A stretch of 64,000 nt of DNA from Paraglomus brasilianum (taxonomy: Eukaryota): NCBI GenBank assembly GCA_910592345.1, contig CAJVPI010000050.1, positions 1 through 64,000 of the forward strand, given 5' to 3'. A model generated the notes under the pieces. That model ran no database searches. It had not been told where the DNA came from and was given only the letters and a program-made list of their open reading frames with translations. Every line of letters begins with the position of its first letter. Position 1 is the stretch's first letter. Below, in pieces: positions 52,594-64,000 of the stretch. A program made the position numbers and the translations under genes.

Positions 52594-53612
52594 ATTCGCT
52601 TTGGGTCCAAGTATTTTCCTCCCATGCAATCACTCTCGCTTATATTTTCAAGAGCGCGCATTCAATAAATAATAAATTTATGCTTGCGAAAAATTGACTT
52701 ATTTTACATGTTTGACTTTTTATTGCAATTGTGTCAATGTGAATCAAAGCTTAACGAATGCAATCGAGCAGTCTTTTATCAAGACTAACAATAAAGAACG
52801 ATCTTTTGTTGATGGTCACCTGACCAGCACAGCGGAGGCCTTGGTGGGAATCTTCGACATTGAATCGTTTTCCTTAATTTTCTTCAAGTTTTCGTTTCTT
52901 CCTTGGTTCATCATGATGTGTTGGCGTTAAGGCTCGTTTATGGTTTATTATTTTTCGTTCTTCTTGGTAAATTTCATAAGTAATTTTTTTTTATCTAGAT
53001 ATTCCTGGAGAGTTTGGGTATCATTGATTTTAAAAATGTATGGGGCAATTTTTCTCCTTGAGCTTTCTTTAAAATACTTCTAATGGGTGCTTTAATTTCT
53101 TTGGTTCCATGGTAGATTTGATGTAAATTAGTTTCATATTAATATTTTATATAGAGATAGTCCTATATGGAACGTGTTATAATTGTTAGCAAACAACCAT
53201 GCATGCCAGTTTCAATTAAATTTCAGTCATATTTTCTATAACAAATCTAAGATAGTCTATAAATTATGTTTGAGCTGCAGCTGTGCCACTAAAGCAAACC
53301 CTTCCAAATGTCACATTGATTTTTTAGTCACATCAGCCTCTCATTCATGTCACAAAACAGAATGTTCACTTTGTCTGGTTTGGTTGCAGCATGCCCCATA
53401 TATTATCCCTAAATGCACTCTCTCAACTTTTCAGTCCCGAGGAGCTAGTATTTGTGACGGCTGATGCTCGTGACCCGGAAATTGATCACATAATTAAGAC
53501 TTTCCCAGTTTCTAATGATATTATTGTCTGGTTATTGACAGAAGAGGTTCGATTAAGTTAATTTTTGGAACTAGTATTTTGGTTTAGTACAGAAAAAGCT
53601 GCCGTCTACGAA

Positions 53613-53908
53613 TACACAGTGACTCTCGAAATGTTGGAAACTTTTTTCCTCCTAATTAAACTAGCTCTATAATGCCTGTTCTGGAGTCCACAAAACAGAA
53701 GATATAAATTTTAGGGATAGAAGTTGATGAGGAAATTGTCAAGTTTGTAAGGCTCAAGAAGGCAGAGAATAACGAAGAGTCGGATTAACGAATGTAGAAA
53801 ATGTTAAACACTTGAAAGCGGTAGTATATCACATGATATATTACTAAACTACACTATATGGAAACCTGTTGTATTTTTTGTCTCCACTATAAAGAGAGTC
53901 ACTATGTA
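53613..53908. mobile_element. pogo-like MITE
   Basis: TACACAGTGACTCTC / GAGAGTCACTATGTA inverted ends, one mismatch, TA-bounded. Confidence 0.6.
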
Positions 53909-54070
53909 ATTGACCCCCCGATTAGATACGCGTTAATCAAGACGGCACGGCCGCAGCTTAAATTGCAGTTCTTTAGTTCACGTGATGCTCGGAAATAAGA
54001 TCTTGTGCCAGGATAGTAGTATAATACTCGACAGGGTACAACAACATTTACCACGACCTTCGCCGCCGTT

Positions 54071-57000
54071 ATGACCTCAACACTTCGTAATAAACAAGGA
54101 AATAAAACGTTTTCTTCCGTCGCGTATAAAATTCTCTATAATGACATTCGATCGCTGTCAGATAGTAATATCAATCAAATGCTTGATGCTCTATTGGCAA
54201 GCACTACTTTAACCACAGCAAATGAACAGGACTTGATAGATCTGCTCGTCTCTGGCTGTAAAACGATAAATTACGCTGACGAACATTTTGTCTTGAAGTT
54301 TAGTAAAATAATCTTTATTGTTTGTAATAAGCACCAGGTTCGTTTCGCCATTAATTGGTAGAGCGTTTGAGCTTAATTTGCTTGCCAATTTATGACTGAT
54401 TATATGAAATGTAGATCAATCTTAACGGCAATTCATCCAGACAGTCGCCACTGGAAGTGATATTAACATTCCTAATAAACTCGTTGCCATATGCTACCCA
54501 GCCATCGAGTGAAATCAACATTTTGCGTACATTGAGTGCGGTTCTTTTTGAGAATGGCACCAAATGTCAAAAGGTAATAGCAATTAGTCATGTTCTAATT
54601 CCATGATTCAAGATCACATTATTATTGCCGTTTGAGAATAACTATTATTACTTGACAGTTCCACGAAAGTCTCTGCCATCTTTTGTTTCCTCTCGTACGG
54701 CCAGATAACCCTAATCTTGAAACAAGACGTATGGCTATAAATTGTCTTGGCAATCTATGTATGCGTACCGGAAACAAACTAAACGGAAAATATAAAGACA
54801 TCTACGAAATATTTTTGGCTAATTTGAACTCTATGACTATTGATGATACCGCCAGTCTGAAGGTTTCTATTTGGGATATCCATTGTAACGAAAATGCAGA
54901 ACAGGCTAACGTATAACTTAATGTAGGTTGTAAGCAGTACGTTACGCGCATTGCAATTGGTTGTGATTGAAGATAAGAATGTCCTTGTGGAGCCATTTGG
55001 TGCTGTCGTTGAGACGATTAAACGCTTCGTGTTCTTTAACTTCGATGGGTCAAGAGAAGAAGCGTCAATGCGAGGTATCCAGACGTTAGTTCGATGTACT
55101 GCGGAGGCGCCAAAATTTTGGTAGCACTCGTTTGCTCGCATAGTTTAATATTGCTTATTGGATAATCGGGTTACTTCATACAATAATCTTATTGCTAACA
55201 ATAGATCAGATGTTGCCAACCCAGATGTTGCGTCGGCAATCCGCATCTACGCCTAAATCTCGACCATTGCGTCAGATGGAAGCTGGAACTCATTCGCGGA
55301 ATAACAGTAAATCATGGATCAGTTCTGATTCTGAATTATCGGATGGGGATCATTTTCATCAACGGAAAACGTATGTCGATAGGCATTAATAATTTCTGTC
55401 GATATGGTTATGGTGGGGTAATTTTAACGAGACTCATTACCAGGAACGACGGCTCACGGATAAGATTGAATGCACTTGGATGTCTGCAAGCTATAGCAAG
55501 GGTAAGCTGCGTTTGTATCTGAAATGTAGATATGTAAGATTCAAAGTTTGATTTAATGTATTATAAACCTTTATTTAAAGGCAGCCCCAAAGTTACTACA
55601 TCCGCACTGGACTAAATTTCTGTCTGATATGCATTCTGTGCCGACTTCTCCTTCTTTGTTCACTCTGATTGCTCATGATACGGTTCAAACGGTTCGCATC
55701 GCTGCTTGTTCAGCGATTATGATCATGTTAGATGGCTCAAAAAAATATCTATCTGTTGCTGATGATCGGTCAGTATTTAAACTTTGTGAGTAATTATATT
55801 TGGGCTTTAATATTGATTACTTTACTGTTTTATTTGTTCCATCTTTGAAGAGACACAAAATCATCATTCACTTCTCTCTCGGCGAAGCTGGGCGGTCTTG
55901 TACGCGAGTTGCATACCGAATTAATTAAAACTATTGCTTTAGAGGAAGAAGTTCCGGTGTTAGTTCAATTGTTAAAGTGTGGCAACGTATTAGTTACTAA
56001 TACCGCATATGAGCGACTATCTTCCGGTTATTTAAGTCGATTATTTCGGGCTGTTGTTTCGCTACTGGCTCATGAAGGTGAGTATCGCGTTCTCACGCTT
56101 TTGAGTGATTGCGTGAGTGCTAATTGTGCTATTGCTATTATAGATACGTCTATCAGAATAAGTACTCTGACTTTGCTTTCATCGATAATAAGTTGTAATT
56201 CACGTCATGATGAAGTACTGCAGTTATTGGAAGGAAAAGTTGCATCCGATTCATCTAGCACATCTACACTGCTCCATAGCTCTAGTCTCTATAACAAAAC
56301 CCTTTTACAATATTTGATAGAAACTGTTGGCGACAACAACCAACCATCTAATGTACGCATAGAAGCGTGGGGACTTTTATGTGGATGTGCTAGAGGGAGC
56401 TTTATTAATGTGAAGTAAGCAGTTTATGTTAAAATTATTTACTAATCAAGGAGAAATGTATTTACTGTTTGCATATGACCTTAAATGTAGCTATCTCTGG
56501 AGTCAACTTGAGGTTCTGATAACTAATGGTATGGGTACACGCGATATCAGTATCCGTACTGCTGCCATGACTTTCATGGAAGAATGTGCCAAAGCATCTT
56601 CATCAGGGAGTAACATTGAGACTACCGAAAGATTACCTGTGGTAACTATAAAACTAAGGGGGTTTCGGCGTGCTAATTTGTCAATATTTTCGCCAGATAT
56701 GGTTTTTACTAATAACAGTTCTGTAGATCGAAAGCAAGCCACCAGTATCATCAGACGAACTATTGCACTGGTGGCGTTTGATAATTGATAATCATATTAA
56801 TAAGGCTGCCACCGATGAATGTCATGCTGTCCGAGCATTGAGTTGTGACTGTTTGTCTCATATACCAGATTATATATTTGCCGAATTGCCAGTGAGTGAA
56901 AGTGATTGTCAGTATACTTGCTTAGTACTGTACTGGTATGGATATTCACTTTTATCCTATTGATTAGGATGACCGTCGATATTATTGCATGACATTTTTA

Positions 57001-58327
57001 CTCGGTTTTGTACAAGACGACAGCCCAATTGTTAGGGCAGCTGCGTGTAGAGCTTTTGGAGTGTTTATTCAGTTTCCTAGTTTACATGAGGTAATGAGCT
57101 AGTTGACATTTTTAGTGTTGAACCTGTATGATTGTCACTATTGTCATTATTTATCATTTTGTAGAACTGTTTATTACATCTGTTAATATTATTGTTTCCT
57201 CCACAGGATACATCATTTATCACAGATATGGCTGTGTCAATTTTTGAGCAAATTTCAAATACTAATCTAATGGTCCGAATGCGAAGTAGCTGGGCACTTG
57301 GAAATCTATGTGACACGCTAGTTAATTTGAGGTTCTATTAACGTCTGATATTTTTAGGGTTTATCATGGAATAGTATTTTGGTTTACTTATACATCAACT
57401 AATACAGCAGCGACGCAGAGCGTCTGATGGAGTTTCTAACGGAAGACATATGGATACGTTTGCTACGTGCCGGATTAGCTGCATCAAACGATAATGACAA
57501 GGTTTGCGGGTTTAAAACTGATTGAACACTACTATTATCAGTTTATAATCTTTTCATAATAGGTGAGACCAAATGGAGTGAGAATTCTTGGAAGCGTATT
57601 GCGGATAGGTCCGAAGACATATCTGATGAAGGAGCATAATGGATTGGTGAGGGAAGCAGTTCTTATGATTATTAAAAATTTTGAGTACAGTTCATTAAAG
57701 GTAAGCATTCTTATTGAGCATTGATACGAGCCTGCGATATTTGTAATTGATGTAAACTTGTTATTTGCATAGGTTCGGTGGAATGCGTGTTATGCGGCTG
57801 CAAATATGCTGCGTAATGTTCATCTGCCTATAAGTTCTGATACATGGGCAAATATGTTATATGAAGCTCTGATTAAGGCTATGACTTCAGCCAAAAATTT
57901 TAAAGTACGGATTAATGCATCCCTTGCATTGTCTTCTCCCGTTGCTCGTGATAAGTATGGGAACCAGCAAACGTTGGCGAAAGTGTTTGAGGCGGTTGTG
58001 TATGCTCTGGAGAATGTGGAAAGTATGGCTGGTGCAGGATTCCAGGAATTTAAATATCAGGAACAATTGAGAATGCAGGTAAATGGTGAACGCGCGAGGA
58101 TCTAATGTGTGTCATTAACAGACAACATACTGATATGTCTGGGTTTTTATCCAATATCTTTCGTGGTTGTTAATAATCCTCTTTGTACTTTGCAGTTGAT
58201 ATCTACATACGATCATCTCAGCGGCCTGTTAAATGAGGGCGAGAAAGCTCAGTATCAATCGCTCATTGATAGAATCATTCAGTCGCCCGGATATAATAAA
58301 GTTAAAAACGATATGCCTGAGATTTAA
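54071..58327 (+). CDS. HEATR6: HEAT repeat-containing protein 6 (DUF4042); ~17 exons
   Basis: RIRLNALGCLQAIAR, LLHPHWTKFL, MLDGSKKYLSVADD, SFTSLSAKLG..RELH, SSWALGNLCDTL, KVRWNACYA, NFKVRINASLAL. Confidence 0.9.
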
Positions 58328-58389
58328 GATAAAGTAAACTGTTGAATCTTGGTATATTAGAGATGGACATTCATTTATTTATTGCGACA

Positions 58390-60490
58390 GAGTCAGATAA
58401 TTGGGGAAGAAAAGGCTAATAGTTTCAACTATGCGATTCACTGGATTGATGCTAATACTTGGGTCCATTTACATATCACGGTCCGAATGAAACTCAGGAA
58501 TTTATAAGGCATCGATCAAGAGTTAGCTCGAATAAATAAAGTTTTTGCTAACAAGGCTGAGCGTATAGTAAACACTGAATACCTAAAAAAATGTAATAGA
58601 TCAAAGAATGTTGGATTTGTAATAAAGGTTTAAATGGTGTGGTGATACGTCTGGGATCATCGTCATGGTACTGGTAAGTTTCGTGGTGTATCGCACAATA
58701 GAAACTGCATATCACAATAGTATTTCATAATTTCGGCTATTATTCTCACTTGATTGTGAACCAGTAGGACGCTCAGTTAATGTGAAGCATATAGAAGTTA
58801 CTGCGGGAAGCGTTACAAGTCTATAAAGGTAGGTCAATTGAGATATACCGACTGCATGCAGTTTATGAACGCATCCTCGCCGAAAATTTAGGTGCCGTAT
58901 AATATAAGGATAAAAACTGTATCTGTAACCATTTCCACCGAATAGATATCGATGCTTCGGTACTCTTGGATGCCATAAAATAACATGCTAGCATTAACAC
59001 TGGTATGTCGTAAAGGAGTCTATCCTTATGAATAAATTGACTCACTGGAGAGGTTCTGAACTCCCGACATTTCATGAATTTCACAACAGCTTAAGGGAAA
59101 AATCTGTCAGGAAGATTACGATCATGCGCAAAAAGTATGGAAAGAATTTGGACGCAAGAATTATCTAAAAAAACTGAATACTTACAAATATTTGGATGAG
59201 ATATTATAAACTCGATCCAAGTCGTTATATGTCTTATCATAGATGCGATGCTAAAAATGTCTGAGTAGATCACTGAAATGTCAATGTACGATTTATCGAA
59301 AAGCACGGCCAAAAGAAGGAAATCAGCACTTTTTCAACCTATTTCCTCCCTTTCCTCTACTGATAAATCCCCCATTTCTTTTTCTAATTTTAAAAACGTT
59401 GGAGGAATGGCAGACATCGAAACGATACTTTAAGGCAAATAATCCAAAATGGGTACAGATTTTGATCCGTCCCAACCCACGACTTGGATAACATATGTCG
59501 ATGCGAATAATTTATACGGGTGCGCTATGAGTCAATTCCTACCAATTACTATCGGTGGGTATAAATGGGTTGCAAGCAGAGAATATCGAAACAGCCAGCT
59601 GTGCAGAAAAAGTTTCTCAATATGATTCTCACAACCAAGGCAGATGCACAATGGGTAAATATCAAGACGCATTTACGGAAAGCACTCACGATTAACTCAA
59701 TGAGCTACTTCCAGCTGTCAATAATATTGCGATGAAACGAGATTGGCTCAGTCACAAGAACTAGTAACGTTTGATAGAGAACCAATTTTCAGAAACAAAA
59801 AAAAAATTATATTTTATCTTGGCAAGCGAGAATATTATATGATCCATTATCACGAATTACAATATTATGCATGGTTGTGGAGTGGATAGTTACGGAATAT
59901 TATCATTCAAAGAAACTAGCTAGCTCGTACCTTATGTAAAATCCAATACCGAACACTGAATTATTATTATTTTATTATTTTATTTTTTATATTTATATTT
60001 ATTTTATTTTATTTATTTATTTTTTAATTTATTGCTCGTTTGTTTTTCGCTTATGTTTACGTGTATTGTGAGGGTTCAGAGTCCGAACAGTTTGTTTTTT
60101 TTTTAATGAATAATGCGGTGTATTTATAAGACTATGAAGAATGTCCGAAAATATCAGGATGTCAAAATTATGTCTGAATAGTGATGGCGACGAGAAGAAA
60201 TTCCGCAAACCATCATTCAACATGCTAGACAATTTTCAGATACTTTTATTGATACTGACAGAGACCGAAGACATCTGGCAGAAAGACCAGACATCTATGA
60301 TATGGGACCTAGGTAAATTAATAACTGAATCAATCCATATTCGAGACAAAATGTAATATCTGATGGTTCTAATTTTTTTGAACCTAGTGCTGTTTTATAA
60401 TACACTGTGCCGGTGGTGACAAATCCTACTTTTCTGAGCAACTACAGCAGATAATTAAATAAAACTCGATGTATAAAAGCCTCAAAGGTA
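58390..60490 (+). pseudogene. Fossil protein-primed DNA polymerase B of Polinton/Maverick (adintovirus) type
   Basis: Colinear frameshifted motifs: CWICNK..WDHRHGTGKFRGVSH; VFHNF.Y.SHLI; LRYTDCMQFMN; RKGVYPYE; EDYDHAQKVWKEFG; YKLDPSRY..DAMLK; RYFKANNP..YVDANNLYGCAMSQFLP; YMIHYHELQYY; IDTD; ESIHIRDKM. Confidence 0.88.
59960..60032. repeat. AT-rich (TTATT/TTTA)n low-complexity tract interrupting the pPolB relic
   Basis: Run of ttatt/tttatt units. Confidence 0.8.
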
Positions 60491-60739
60491 CATTGACTGT
60501 AAAAATTTTAGTATGGGAATTCTATCCCCATTTTTTCCCAATGATCAATTCACGTTTATTTTTCATAAACCGTACTGTTTCAATAGGAATTGCTTTCCAT
60601 TCTTCAATTAAAAACTGCTTTAATTTCTCAATATCTGTCTTTCAACTTTATTCCTAATTATTTAACTAGGTTTCGTGTCCTTTATTAGATGCAACTAAGG
60701 TGGACCTCTAAAGCTGCTTTAATTATTTGACTAGGGTAG

Positions 60740-61574
60740 TGTCGTGCCGACTACTGCGGGAGAGCAGAAAGTGATCGACACATGGGATTTAACTAGTCTC
60801 GACGGAGCGCGCCTCCTATTCAAGTTAAATATCTAATTTCACAGTTAGTGACCTTGTAATCGCAAGGCTTTTCACTTACGGGCTTTTTCACCGTAGAATG
60901 ACATTTATCCTAGATATAGAATCGTTCTCGAGTGTATCGGCGGTTATTACCGAGGGATTAATCCGGTAATCTCCCGTTTGGGATACAATGGTTTATCACT
61001 TAGATTGAACGCGTTCGAAAGTTAACGATTAAATATCCTAATTTGCCACTCAGATAATTGTGGGACAAGAGGCAATTATCCTTGGTTGATATACGGATAA
61101 AACGGTTTCTCAGATATATCAACCAATTTAGAGAATAGGGTCAAAAGTATATGTTCAGAGTAAATGCGATACTCGTTTATTAACAATAAGGTATGGATAT
61201 AAGATACTATGCGAAACACTGCGAACAATAACACACATAACACACCGACTCTCGCTGAAACTCCTACTGCTTATATATCTTTTGAGCGGTCTAATCGATC
61301 TATTTTTAGCAGCTATTTCTAATATTCTATCGATAGTCTAATTGTATACGTTTGAATAAACCGAAGCGCTCTGCCAATGTCCGTTCTCCGTTCCGGCACT
61401 GCTCTGGCACTGCTCGTACTACTAGTGCCGAAATATTACAGTATTAGTAACACTAATAAGTGCCCGTACTCCACAATAATATTTGTACTCCTGACAGTGC
61501 CTGTACTACCCATGCTGAAATCCGCAGCTGCGCCGGTGTTACCGCCGATTGATTTGGACTGCGGCACCGTCACA
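60740..61574 (-). mobile_element. Possible solo LTR-like insertion
   Basis: TG...CA ends with partial inverted similarity. A minus-strand TATA-like site (~61275) precedes AATAAA (~61178). CpG-rich compared with the decayed region downstream. No TSD found. Confidence 0.3.
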
Positions 61575-61639
61575 GATTGCAGCGCATCACAATCCCCTAT
61601 CATGAGATTTAGCTGCAAATCAATGACCAAGAATTAGAA

Positions 61640-64000
61640 ATTTTGATGATGCAGACATCATTCCAAATGTCATATTTCAATCGACTGATGAACCACAGGT
61701 GATTGATGCCATAATAAGGGCATCATTACCACAGTTAGGTGATGATAATTGGCTTCTCTTAGGATTCACAAATGAAACTGAAGGCCAGAGACAAAGGGTA
61801 TTCCTGCAGATTGTGGACAACAATGGCCCATATACATTTCTAATGATCTTTGAAGGTATGTAAATATATCACATGTACTTTTTATCTTAAAATATATTGT
61901 AAGTGTAGCCTCATTAAATTTGTAGTGCAGCAACAATGCATCGACCTAGGAATTATATGTCACAAAGGCTTTTGCTGCAAGTATTGATGATATGCAACAA
62001 TCTCCCCTTTCAACTTCACATACATCACCTATTTTGTTGCCATCAATACCCACCATTTTGCCATCATCCTCTTCTTCTTTGCAACAATCTATTATACCTC
62101 CATCATCTCAGCCAAATCCTTATCAGACCAACAGTCATTAGACACATTATTACACACAACAATACATGCGAGTATGAATAATACCATTTTTTGATCCACA
62201 CTCTATTGAATATAACAGAAAGCCAACAAATGTAGATTGTAATCCACAATCATAGTTTACTAATTAATGACTTACTAATATGGGCTGAGGATGCAAGTAT
62301 TGTGGATATGCTAGCAACACCTGTTATCACAATATAAAAATAACAAAACTGCAAAACTGCAACCTGAGATGCTGAGATGTAATTTATTACCATATATAGT
62401 ATTATTGACTGTGATCCCTTCTATATATGGAAACAAGACTTCCTCAGTATCTCAGTACCTCAGTATCTCAGTACCTTAGACTTTAGATCACTGATCCTTG
62501 AGATAAGAAAATCTAGTCAGTCTGGTTTATAACTTATAAGGCATCTATTAGATTACAAGTGGGAAAAATTAAAATTACTAAATGAAGCAAAATGATTGAA
62601 GTCAAACTGTTTATTACAGAGTTACTTGACTTGTAGTTGCACATAATCTTACCAGATACTAATAATAACATGACTACTTTCAGAATATAGTAAATCCAAT
62701 TACTGCAAACAGAAAATTTTATTACAATATTTCCAAAAAGTTTTGTAGTACAGGCATGCATAGGAAATCATTTTCTTTTTGGTAAAGGAAGCAAATTTTA
62801 CTCTGTAGTAAATTTGTAGTTGTCTCATAGCTATCTCTGTCTGTGTATAAGTGTTGCTCACCAACTTTTTATAAGGCATTCATGGATGTATTCTCTACTA
62901 CTGCTTTTATTGATTTTATTATGTAAATTTTATTATTTTTATTTTATCACATGATGTGACTGTAAGGAGGTAAATTTTCATATATGGGCACTGATCTATC
63001 AAAATGGCAGTTATTGCATGATGGCAATCACTGAGAAATTTAGATGCAAAGATTTGGGGGTTTTTTGACAGCAATAACCCCTTCTCAGGATAACCCCAAA
63101 TTGGCATGAGATGTATTGTAACAAATGATATGCACAAATATTTGGGGTTTGAATTTCGAAGTCTGGGGTCTGATGCATGGAATGGCCCTTGTATTACTCA
63201 ACTTCAAACTGTTGTAGAGAAAGGTTTTACTAATGTACTTGAGGTAAAAATTATCAAGATATGTAGAGGGGACTGCTGAGAACATGTCTATGCAAAAAAA
63301 AAATTTGCATAACCATAATGATAACTGCCTTTTTGATAGATTAGTGCCCATATGGGTTGTTGCAAAAAGATTGGTACCTCAGATATTGCATCAATAAAAA
63401 AATTTTTTATTATGTAATTTTTTTTTATTTAATAAATATTATCAGTATATATTGGGAAAGATATGATATAAATATTACCTTAAATTACATGATCATCATC
63501 AGAACTACTATAAGCATCAAATTTGTTATCAATAAATCGTATGTTTTCATCAGACTCAAAATATTCCTTAGCATTTTTAAGGGCTCTTCTCCAAAGTCCT
63601 ACAATAACTTTTGAAGAAATTTTTTCTTTAAATGCATTTAGTAGTGTATTTCTAACAGATAAAAGGTTTGTATGTGGGCATGCAACTTCACCCTACCAAA
63701 TACCTTCAATAGGGTGTAGTTTGCAATGGTAGGGTGGGGTAAAATTGACTTCATGTTCATACTGTTCTGCAATTTTAACACAAGCAAATGGGACACCACT
63801 GTGATGCTATGCTATATAACAGTGACATATTCTCTCCTTTATTTCTCCCTATGTGTGCCTAAATAAAGACCTCGAAACCTCTCCTTTATTTCTGCATTCC
63901 TCTGATGCACAGCTGTGGAAATCGGTAGCAGAGGTACAAATGATTCAGGGTCAAGCAGTGCAAGTTGTACGAGAATTTATAGTACAGGGGCACAAGCACC
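61640..64000. pseudogene. Old, CpG-depleted, decayed coding/TE sequence of unknown family
   Basis: An exon-like reading DDADIIPNVIFQSTDEPQVIDAIIRASLPQL.. is followed by a GT-AG intron and then broken frames. There is an 8-bp CTCAGTAY x4 repeat at 62443-62475. Confidence 0.35.

Noticed and set aside
55075..55204. GTATCC donor in HEATR6 as a U12 GT-AG intron
   Set aside because: It continues GTATCCAG rather than GTATCCTT and has a U2-type GCTAAC branch site.

Overview
Eukaryotic, intron-rich fungal genomic DNA. The gene set, intron style and repeat content point to an early-diverging Mucoromycota fungus (Glomeromycotina/Endogonales-like); this is inference only. Ten intact protein-coding genes sit in a matrix of decayed transposons: a polyQ PARP-like ADP-ribosyltransferase, a MARVEL-like 4-TM protein, TMEM242-like, bleomycin hydrolase, an SLC35E1/TPT-family transporter, ARMH3/C10orf76, a ZIP zinc transporter, a PA-TM-RING E3 ligase, kinesin-5 and HEATR6. 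The transposon remains include mariner, Tc1, several pogo/Tigger derivatives and MITEs, Sola1-like/DUF7869 fragments and a young element with long terminal inverted repeats (TIRs). The most notable observations are: (1) an AT-AC minor-spliceosome (U12) intron in kinesin-5, a gene that also has a GC-AG intron and an 11-nt microexon; (2) a ~2-kb fossil of a Polinton/adintovirus-type protein-primed DNA polymerase B not represented in the ORF track; (3) a divergent PARP-fold protein with an altered catalytic triad; (4) strong CpG loss confined to old repeats. No rRNA, tRNA or CRISPR array was seen. Exon boundaries were read by eye and are untested.
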